Of a DNA stretch of 64,000 nucleotides, positions 25,679 to 33,231 are shown piece after piece. A program made the translations under genes and the position numbers. Origin of the DNA: an uncultured Lachnospiraceae bacterium (GTDB taxonomy: Bacteria; Bacillota; Clostridia; Lachnospirales; Lachnospiraceae); contig CACZBZ010000002.1 of assembly GCA_902779505.1 (NCBI GenBank), positions 40,601 through 104,600 of the forward strand, in the 5' to 3' direction. Every line of letters starts with the position of its first letter. The stretch's first letter is position 1. The notes below the pieces were generated by a model. That model saw only the letters and a program-made list of their open reading frames with translations. It searched no databases and had not been told where the DNA came from.

Positions 25679-25821
25679 TATCCGAATATTCAATCTACTT
25701 ACTTGCGGAGACGCCTCGCGGCTCCGACTCCAGACGTAACGGTACATAAGTCGCTATAATACAGCGACTAAGTACCGACGTCTTACGAGGCTCCGCAAGT
25801 AAGCAGCTTTTTATTCGGATA
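25679..25821. repeat. Long imperfect hairpin element, copy A (structured RNA or REP/MITE-like)
   Basis: Nested inverted repeats TATCCGAATA/TATTCGGATA, CTTACTTGCGGAG/CTCCGCAAGTAAG, AGACGT/ACGTCT, CGGTAC/GTACCG, AGTCGCT/AGCGACT; core homologous to 32743..32881. Confidence 0.8.
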
Positions 25822-25839
25822 CAATATCTATCTTATATG

Positions 25840-27558
25840 TCAGTCTTTATTTCTGCCTTTCCTGCGTCTGGTTATGATGTCTTCATCTTTAAGCAGGTGC
25901 AGTTTTACACATATTTTCACGATAGTCCCGCCCTTGGGCATTGCAAGCAACTCCTCTTTTGTCGCAACTCCATAATGCAATATGAGTACAGCATAAAAGA
26001 GCACCGAGACAATCACACATATGATTAGTGAAATGGCATTTCTCATGCCCCAAAGTCCTGTTCCGACTGATGGATCAAAGAGTCTGAATACCCATGTGAT
26101 GACCTTGTTTGTAAGAAAAGCAAGAATACCCATCCACAGGGATGCTGTTATGGGAAGTATAAAAGTCCTTATGTATTCCTGCTTGTAGCCGCATTTTTTC
26201 TTCAGTGCATGTCCGTTAAGTACGCACATGAGGCCGGAATATACGATGGTTGATATACATATCGCATAGAGATCCAGATTCGTAAAAAGTATAAGCAGGG
26301 TCGCGACCACCGACTGTGCCACAAGAGCAACGGCAGCATTGATTACCGGTATATGCACATGTCCGGTTCCCTGAAGTGTTCCGTTACTGAGAGTGGACAG
26401 GCAGTAGAATATTACGGTCACGCTGAGTACTCTTATCATGCTTGCAACCATTTCAACCGTATCCGGCTGAGGATAAAGAATTACGGTTATTGATCTGGCT
26501 AAAGCAAACAGACCAAATGCACATGGAATAGCAATAAGCATAGTTGCTTTTGTTGCCATGGCAATCTTCTGTCGTCCTTCCTCGTATTCGCCTCTTTCGT
26601 GAGTTCTTGATACGGCAGGGATGATGGCAGATGACATTGCCGCAGCAAGAGCTATGGGTATGTTTACTATCTGCGTTGATTTTCCGGAAAAGAGGCCGTA
26701 ACCGTAGGTTGCCATTTTTTCCGTATATCCCTTAAAGGCCATGCTCAGTTCCTGATAGAGCTTTAAGTTGGTAACAGAACTCAGATTATATATACATGTG
26801 CTGAGCAGCACGGGTGTAACCATTCCGAATATCATTCCCGCCACTTCCGTAGGCTTAAGAATGTTTTCCGTCGGATCGTTCTTGACCTTATCCTTTATTC
26901 CTTTTCTTTTGATAAGATAGATAACCAGCATAAATACCAGTGCCGATACAACTCCGGCTCCGGTTCCGAGAGCCGAGCCTTTTGCTCCGCCTATGGCTAT
27001 AACAGTCTCATCCAATCCTCGAAGGCTTCGTGTAAATATCAGCGCCGCTCCTATACTGACCGCCGCATTGAATATCTGCTCTATAATCTGCGAAACAGAG
27101 GTATATACCATGGTATGCTGGGCCTGGAAAAATCCCCTGAATGTTCCCAAAAATCCGGAAAAAAAGATGGTAGGTGCAAAGTACTTAAGCACCTGAGCCG
27201 AACTAGGTCCCACAAGCGAATCGGCAAAGAAAAAGCATACGCTGCATCCCGCCAGTCCCATTACAAGTACATATACCAAAGCGCCTATGAAAAGGCGGAA
27301 AGCATTCCTGTATTCATTAAGTCCGAGTTTTGCGGCCATTACCTTGGATATGGCTGCAGGAATACTGTATGTCGATATCATTAAGATGATCGTATAGATA
27401 TTGTAGGCTGTATTGTAATATCCGTTTCCCTCATCTCCTATGATCATAACGAGGGGTGCCCTGTAAAGGATACCTATTATCTTTACGATTATTCCCGCTG
27501 CAGCCAGTAATCCTGCCTGAAATATGAAATTATTCTTTTTCGAACTGCTTTTATTCAT
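25840..27558 (-). CDS. MOP-superfamily flippase (MurJ/SpoVB-like polysaccharide biosynthesis protein)
   Basis: IVKIIGILYRAPL..IGDEGNGYY, RGFFQ, SQIIEQI, many TM helices; probable start MNKSSS at 27558. Confidence 0.88.
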   Translation of the reverse strand: MNKSSSKKNNFIFQAGLLAAAGIIVKIIGILYRAPLVMIIGDEGNGYYNTAYNIYTIILMISTYSIPAAISKVMAAKLGLNEYRNAFRLFIGALVYVLVMGLAGCSVCFFFADSLVGPSSAQVLKYFAPTIFFSGFLGTFRGFFQAQHTMVYTSVSQIIEQIFNAAVSIGAALIFTRSLRGLDETVIAIGGAKGSALGTGAGVVSALVFMLVIYLIKRKGIKDKVKNDPTENILKPTEVAGMIFGMVTPVLLSTCIYNLSSVTNLKLYQELSMAFKGYTEKMATYGYGLFSGKSTQIVNIPIALAAAMSSAIIPAVSRTHERGEYEEGRQKIAMATKATMLIAIPCAFGLFALARSITVILYPQPDTVEMVASMIRVLSVTVIFYCLSTLSNGTLQGTGHVHIPVINAAVALVAQSVVATLLILFTNLDLYAICISTIVYSGLMCVLNGHALKKKCGYKQEYIRTFILPITASLWMGILAFLTNKVITWVFRLFDPSVGTGLWGMRNAISLIICVIVSVLFYAVLILHYGVATKEELLAMPKGGTIVKICVKLHLLKDEDIITRRRKGRNKD

Positions 27559-27685
27559 ATACCTTTTGATTATATGATAAAAATACTCCATTGAACAGAT
27601 GGGGGCAAAGGAGCGAAAAGCAGTGGTTATTTTTTCTGATATATGATACGATATAAGTAATATAAGGAGAAAAGGAGGATCTGCT

Positions 27686-27877
27686 ATGGATATTGCAGGC
27701 GTAACAATGGCTTTAGCCAACCAAGGCTCCTTATCACAGGTAGGCACCGCTGTTCTTGCTAAGTCTCTTGATACTATGGAGGCTAACGGAGCAGGCTTAC
27801 TGAAGATGATCGATGCGGCTGCTATGGAGCGCAGTGTCAATCCTTCAGTCGGCTCTAACTTTGATATGGTAGTCTAA
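27686..27877 (+). CDS. YjfB-family small protein
   Basis: MDIAGV...VLAKSLD...MERSVNPSVGSNFDM; strong AGGAGG RBS. Confidence 0.8.
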   Translation: MDIAGVTMALANQGSLSQVGTAVLAKSLDTMEANGAGLLKMIDAAAMERSVNPSVGSNFDMVV

Positions 27878-27930
27878 CCTTTTTTTAACCGCCTTCGGGC
27901 GGATTTCATATCCGTGCTCTAAGCCGGAGT

Positions 27931-27976
27931 TTATATTAAAGAACCCCATGGGAAACCATGGGGTTCTTTAATATAA
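27931..27976. terminator. Bidirectional terminator, 21-bp perfect stem with GAAA loop
   Basis: TTATATTAAAGAACCCCATGG-GAAA-CCATGGGGTTCTTTAATATAA between convergent genes. Confidence 0.8.
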
Positions 27977-28007
27977 GACTGACACTATGAATCCAATAAG
28001 TAACAGC

Positions 28008-30467
28008 TTATGCAAAGAGTTCTTCTGCGTATCTTACGGTCTCCATTGCATCCTTTGCATACTTGTCGGCTCCGATCATATCCGAATACTCCTGAGTCAG
28101 TACGGCACCGCCCACACATACCTTTGTGTCAGGCGCTGACTTGCGTAACTGCTTAATTGTCTCTTCCATTGCCGGAACCGTGGTTGTCATCAGAGCGCTG
28201 AGTCCTACCAGCTTTATATCTTCTTTAAGGACAGTCTCGACCACTTTTTCAGGATCCACATCCTTGCCAAGATCTATGACGTCATAGCCGTAGTTCTCAA
28301 GAAGTACCTTGACTATGTTTTTACCGATGTCGTGTACATCGCCCTTAACAGTGGCAACAACGATCTTGCCTTTTGATTCTTCTTTGCTGCCGCTTGCTAC
28401 TATCTTAGCCTTGATTACACTGAAAGCCGAGTTGGCAGCTTCGGCACTCATAAGGAGCTGTGGCAGGAATACGGTCTTTTTCTCAAATCCTTTTCCTACT
28501 ATATCAAGTGCCTTTATAAGGTAATTATCGATTATATCAATGGATTCTTTTTCTTTAAGGTAATCCTCGGTTACGGCCGCTGCCCTGTCCTTGAGTCCTT
28601 TTACAATGGCAGTTATGAGGGGATCGTTTGGGGTCTCTACACCTGATGCCGCCGGTACCACATTTTTATCGGCGGTGGGAGCCGCTTCAGTGACAGCCAG
28701 TTCATCCGCATGCTCTATGTATTCCATGCAGTTTTCGTCAATGGCCTTAAGAGCATTAAAGGTATAATAAGCCTTCATCATTTCCCTGGAGTTGGGATTC
28801 ATGATGGCTGCATTCAGTCCTCGCTGCATAGCCATTGTGAAAAACGTTCCGTTAATAAGGTCTCTGTTGGGAAGACCGAAGGATATATTGGATACACCCA
28901 GACTTGTTTTACCATTAAGTTCTTCTTTTATGAGACAAAGGGCATCCAGAGTGACATCTGCGCTTCCCGGATCCGCACTTATACTCATACAGAGAGGATC
29001 CACGATAAGATCTTTGGGACTTATTCCGTATTCTTCAGCTCTCTTGAATATATTTTTTGCTATGCGCAGTCTTCCTTCTGCTGTTTCGGGTATTCCACCC
29101 TCATCTATCGTAAGTGCTACGCACACTCCTCCGTATTTTTTAACAAGAGGGAATATGGCCTCCATTACTTCCTCTTTTCCGTTTACGGAGTTAATCATTG
29201 CTTTACCGTTATAAAGTCTGAGCGCCGTCTCCATGGCAATGGGATCCGTCGTATCAATCTGAAGAGGAAGTGCTGTAACTGTCTGAAGTTCTGTTACAAC
29301 TTCCTGCATCATCTCCACTTCATCAATCTCCGGAAGACCTACGTTCACATCCAAAACATGTGCTCCCTTGTCTTCCTGTGTGAGACCCTCCTGCAATATG
29401 TAATCAATATTATGATCTCTGAGAGCCTGCTTAAATTTGGACTTACCCGTAGGATTGATTCTCTCACCTATAAGTATAGGTCGTTTATCAAATTCCACAG
29501 CATGTGTATATGAAGTAATAAGTGTATGCTTCTTTTCTTCAAGAGGCTTCGGAGTCAATGTCAGCACATGCTCACGCATAGCCTTAATATGATCCGGAGT
29601 TGTTCCGCAACATCCACCCAGCACCTGGGCTCCCGCTTCCACAAGAGGTGTGAAGGCTTCCGCAAAGATATCCGGTGTAACGTCGTATACTGTCTTTCCG
29701 TTCTCGGTTCTTGGCATTCCGGCATTGGGACAGCATACTACGGGCACGGAAGCGTACTCCGACAGTTCCTTTACAACGTCTACCATCTGAAGAGGACCGA
29801 CGCTGCAGTTAACTCCCACAGCCATAACACCCAGTCCTTCGGCAACAGCAACTACCGTTTTGGGATCGGCACCTGTTAAAAGTTTGCCGCTTTCGTCAAA
29901 GGCACATGTAAGTATTATTGGAAGATTGCATACTTCCTTAGCCGCAAGAATGGCAGCCTTTGCCTCATAGATGTCATTCATGGTCTCTATAAGTATAAGG
30001 TCGACACCTTCCTGAACACCAATTTTAATAGTGGTCTTGAATATTCCCACCGCTCTCTCAAAAGGAAGATCTCCCAGTGGTTTTAACAGTTTACCCAAGG
30101 GACCCACATCAAGAGCAACATAGGCATCGTTTCTTCCCGATTTTTTAATTGCGCTCTTGGCATTACCTATGGCCGCCTTAATAACGGTACTTAAAGGAAA
30201 CTCCCCGTTGGCCAGTTCATACTTCAACGAATTGGCGCCGAATGTGTTGGTCTTGACTATGTTTGCACCCGCCTTGAGATAATCGTAGTGCATTCCCATG
30301 ATTATGTCAGAGTGGGTAATGTTCCACTTTTCAGGCTGTTCACCCGGTTTCAGGCCTTTTCCCTGCAGAATTGTTCCGCAGCCGCCTTCAAAAAAAGTGA
30401 ATCCGTCTTTTATTATCTCTCGTATATCGGTTTTTCTTACAGGATTGGATGTATCAATCTTATTCAT
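28008..30467 (-). CDS. metH: B12-dependent methionine synthase (Hcy, pterin, cap and cobalamin domains; no reactivation domain)
   Basis: GGCCGT zinc motif, IGERINPTG, GDVHDIGKNIV cobalamin motif, LSALMTTT. Confidence 0.93.
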   Translation of the reverse strand: MNKIDTSNPVRKTDIREIIKDGFTFFEGGCGTILQGKGLKPGEQPEKWNITHSDIIMGMHYDYLKAGANIVKTNTFGANSLKYELANGEFPLSTVIKAAIGNAKSAIKKSGRNDAYVALDVGPLGKLLKPLGDLPFERAVGIFKTTIKIGVQEGVDLILIETMNDIYEAKAAILAAKEVCNLPIILTCAFDESGKLLTGADPKTVVAVAEGLGVMAVGVNCSVGPLQMVDVVKELSEYASVPVVCCPNAGMPRTENGKTVYDVTPDIFAEAFTPLVEAGAQVLGGCCGTTPDHIKAMREHVLTLTPKPLEEKKHTLITSYTHAVEFDKRPILIGERINPTGKSKFKQALRDHNIDYILQEGLTQEDKGAHVLDVNVGLPEIDEVEMMQEVVTELQTVTALPLQIDTTDPIAMETALRLYNGKAMINSVNGKEEVMEAIFPLVKKYGGVCVALTIDEGGIPETAEGRLRIAKNIFKRAEEYGISPKDLIVDPLCMSISADPGSADVTLDALCLIKEELNGKTSLGVSNISFGLPNRDLINGTFFTMAMQRGLNAAIMNPNSREMMKAYYTFNALKAIDENCMEYIEHADELAVTEAAPTADKNVVPAASGVETPNDPLITAIVKGLKDRAAAVTEDYLKEKESIDIIDNYLIKALDIVGKGFEKKTVFLPQLLMSAEAANSAFSVIKAKIVASGSKEESKGKIVVATVKGDVHDIGKNIVKVLLENYGYDVIDLGKDVDPEKVVETVLKEDIKLVGLSALMTTTVPAMEETIKQLRKSAPDTKVCVGGAVLTQEYSDMIGADKYAKDAMETVRYAEELFA

Positions 30468-30479
30468 GTATCCTCCACA

Positions 30480-31091
30480 TCAGGCATCATATATTCCTAT
30501 GATTGCGGAGACAGACTTCTCCGGTGCCATTATCAATGTGTCTTTCAATGTTATTCCCGCATGCTTTGCAGGATCTAAAACTCTGAACAGTCCCTTTTGA
30601 TTATCAAGGGACAGGTCGCCATAGCCGGGGGAAAATCTTGTTTTGAGTTTTTCTCCCAGAACTTCACTTTTTAATCTAAGTTCTTCATTAAGTCTGTCGC
30701 AGACTTCTTCCACCGCTGCAGCTCCTATGGCATTGAAGACCGAACCCTTGGCCATGGATCTTGCACTCATGGTCTTGATGCCCCTGTCATATGAAGCTCC
30801 GATGGTTGCGGCAAATATGTATATCTCCTTGCAACCTGACAGGTTATAACTGAGACTCTTGCTCTCTATCTCTCCGTAGGGCATAAGAATTCTGTTGTCG
30901 TCCATAAGCTCCACGTGATATCTGTCATAGCAAGCCTTTGGGCTTAAGAACTCTCTTGCCTCTTCAATACATTCATCTACCATACGCTCGTCTTCTTCGG
31001 TGATCCTGTCCTTTGCATAACCGAGATATCTGAGAACATCGTATGGATTTATATTCAAATCTTCTTTTCTTATTGAATACTTAACTGTCAT
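30480..31091 (-). CDS. Stand-alone methionine synthase activation domain protein
   Basis: FAATIG, RFSPGYGD, PEKSVSAIIG; adjacent to metH; probable start MTVKYS at 31091. Confidence 0.88.
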   Translation of the reverse strand: MTVKYSIRKEDLNINPYDVLRYLGYAKDRITEEDERMVDECIEEAREFLSPKACYDRYHVELMDDNRILMPYGEIESKSLSYNLSGCKEIYIFAATIGASYDRGIKTMSARSMAKGSVFNAIGAAAVEEVCDRLNEELRLKSEVLGEKLKTRFSPGYGDLSLDNQKGLFRVLDPAKHAGITLKDTLIMAPEKSVSAIIGIYDA

Positions 31092-31095
31092 CTGT

Positions 31096-31932
31096 TTATT
31101 TCTTAAGCACAATCGAATTGCCGAGTATCTCTATTCTTCCGGCCTTCAGCAGATTGCCGACGGCTCTCTTGAATTCATTTTTGGACATATCCATCTCTTC
31201 ACGTATCCTCTCGGGAGACGCCTTGTCATTGAAAGGCAGTTTCCCACCTTCTTCTTCAAGTCTTTTAACCAGCTTATCGGCATCTATGCTCATCTGGAAC
31301 TGCACTTTTTCTTTGACGCTTAAGTCTATCTTGCCGTCTTCTTTAACGGAAGTTACTCTGGCATTAATCTGCTGTCCGCATCTTAAGCTCTTTGTCATTT
31401 CCTTCTTGGGAATCAGGGCCGAATACTTATCGTCCACTGCGACAAAAGCTCCAAAATTGTCACTTATCTCATATAAGGTTCCCGTAACCTGATCGTTCTT
31501 TTTATAGGGAGAATCCTTTTCCAGATATTTATATACCTTCATTGTGGCGCAAAGTCTGCTGCTCTTATCGCTGTAAAGCGCAACCAGAACCTCATCGCCT
31601 TCTTCAACTTTATAAGTCTGTTCCTTGAAAGGTAAGAGCAGGTCTTTCTCCAGACCCCAGTCCAAAAAAGCTCCTATCTTGCCAACTTCCAGGACTTTAA
31701 GTTTTTTAACACCGCCCATCATTATCCCCGGTTCATTAACCGTTGCGATAAGACGGTCCTTGCTGTCTTTGTATATGAATACTTTTATTTTGTCGCCTGT
31801 GCCGAATCCGTTTGGAACCTGCTTTGCCGGCAACAATACTTTCTCTTCATCTTTTTCAGAAGATGCCAGGTATACTCCGAAGTCTACTTTCTTTATGCAG
31901 ATAAGTTCCTGCTTTTCTCCCAGTTTAATCAT
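31096..31932 (-). CDS. cvfB: CvfB/YitL family S1-domain RNA-binding protein
   Basis: GAFLDWGLEKDLLLPFKEQ, DKASPERI, SKNEFKRAVGNL. Confidence 0.88.
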   Translation of the reverse strand: MIKLGEKQELICIKKVDFGVYLASSEKDEEKVLLPAKQVPNGFGTGDKIKVFIYKDSKDRLIATVNEPGIMMGGVKKLKVLEVGKIGAFLDWGLEKDLLLPFKEQTYKVEEGDEVLVALYSDKSSRLCATMKVYKYLEKDSPYKKNDQVTGTLYEISDNFGAFVAVDDKYSALIPKKEMTKSLRCGQQINARVTSVKEDGKIDLSVKEKVQFQMSIDADKLVKRLEEEGGKLPFNDKASPERIREEMDMSKNEFKRAVGNLLKAGRIEILGNSIVLKK

Positions 31933-31961
31933 GTCTGTCCGTCCTTTCAGTCGTTAATTGT

Positions 31962-32681
31962 CTATCTGAATGTGAATTCCAATACTGCGTAAGGAACTCC
32001 TTCATCATTGTTCATTGCTATGGTATATGTCGAGTCTTTTTTATACACTAGCGGGTTGAAATTATCCCCCTTATGGGCCTGATTACGATATTCGACTCTT
32101 ACTCTCTTAATGTTCTCCATACTCGGAAGCATGGGCATGGCCAGTTTAAAATACTGTCCGTTATTGACATGTCCGTTGGAATCAAGATGATAGTTCTTTA
32201 TTGTAAAAGGCTCTTCCCTTCTCACTTCACAATTGACTTCATCGGGTAAGGTAATCTTTCGCTTGCTGTAGGTCATATCCAGCTTCTCGGCAGGCTCATA
32301 ACTCTCTGCCACTTCCGGAGGAATCTTAGCCGGAACCTGCTTCTCCCAGTCCATCATTACCCAAAGTGTATTTGCCTTTACCAGATAATCTCCCTTTTCA
32401 TCCTTCAGAAAGAAATTCCTGTTTCCTAAAAATCCTTTGAAGCTGTAAGGGAAAGTTCCCACCGTCACTTTATCATAGTATTTTGGAAGTCTCTCTATTT
32501 CCAGTTCCCAGTAATCTATGATCCAGACCAGGTTCTTTTCTGCCAGATAGTAGTAACCTACGCCCAATTCATCTGACTGAAAGCAGGAACTGTCCTGAAA
32601 TACATCAACTATTGCCGGGATTGTCATATTCTGTTTCTCATCGGCCTGACTGAATCCGACTCTTATATCATATGTATACAT
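31962..32681 (-). CDS. Acyl-ACP thioesterase
   Basis: Double hotdog fold pattern, HLDSNGHVNNGQY. Confidence 0.9.
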   Translation of the reverse strand: MYTYDIRVGFSQADEKQNMTIPAIVDVFQDSSCFQSDELGVGYYYLAEKNLVWIIDYWELEIERLPKYYDKVTVGTFPYSFKGFLGNRNFFLKDEKGDYLVKANTLWVMMDWEKQVPAKIPPEVAESYEPAEKLDMTYSKRKITLPDEVNCEVRREEPFTIKNYHLDSNGHVNNGQYFKLAMPMLPSMENIKRVRVEYRNQAHKGDNFNPLVYKKDSTYTIAMNNDEGVPYAVLEFTFR

Positions 32682-32742
32682 GCTTTACTCCTAATGATTT
32701 ATAGTTTACTCTGACAAGCCTTTATTTTGCAAGGATTTTAGG

Positions 32743-32881
32743 TCGAGTTTGGGGGATAATATGGTTTTTCCGGCACGCTCTCGCTTCGATTCGGCGTAAC
32801 GGTAGATAAGTTGCCAAAATACGGCAACTAACTACCGACGCCTGCATAGAGCCGGAAAAGCCATATATCCCCCACTCTCGA
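32743..32881. repeat. Long imperfect hairpin element, copy B
   Basis: GGGGGAT/ATCCCCC, ATATGGTTTTTCCGGC/GCCGGAAAAGCCATAT, GGCGT/ACGCC, CGGTAG/CTACCG, AGTTGCC/GGCAACT; core homologous to 25679..25821. Confidence 0.8.
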
Positions 32882-32948
32882 AATATATGCCTTTTTGAAA
32901 TATAATGTTGCTAAGAGATTCTCACAACTTATAAAGAGTGGTTATAGC

Positions 32949-33227
32949 ATGAGTGATAATAATAAGTATTTTAAAGAAGCTTTACAAAATTTTGCGTTTG
33001 ATCTGGCGAGCGGAGATGCCATAAGGCATCTTGCTGACCTGGGGATGACTGCGGAAGAGATCAGCGACAAGCTGGATTTCCCTATGCCCATGACCTACAT
33101 CAAGAAGGTTATGGATGAACATCTCGAAAAAAAAGCCGGCCTTGCGGCCGGCAAAGATTCTTATGAATATGTCAAGGAACAGGACGAATACGGTCACACT
33201 TCCTTTAAAAGAATTAAAAGCAACTAA
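32949..33227 (+). CDS. Small hypothetical protein with HTH-like segment
   Basis: AIRHLADLGMTAEEISDKLDFP; probable ATG start at 32949. Confidence 0.65.
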   Translation: MSDNNKYFKEALQNFAFDLASGDAIRHLADLGMTAEEISDKLDFPMPMTYIKKVMDEHLEKKAGLAAGKDSYEYVKEQDEYGHTSFKRIKSN

Positions 33228-33231
33228 AGTA

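Noticed and set aside
24926-25759. Long + strand ORFs antisense to known genes (also 532..1113, 10177..11031, 28710..29513, 49763..50572)
   Set aside because: No recognisable motifs or RBS; they overlap well-supported minus-strand genes
27559-27840. N-terminal extension of the flippase ORF overlapping the yjfB-like gene
   Set aside because: Artefact of the longest-ORF call; flippase similarity starts at MNKSSS (27558)
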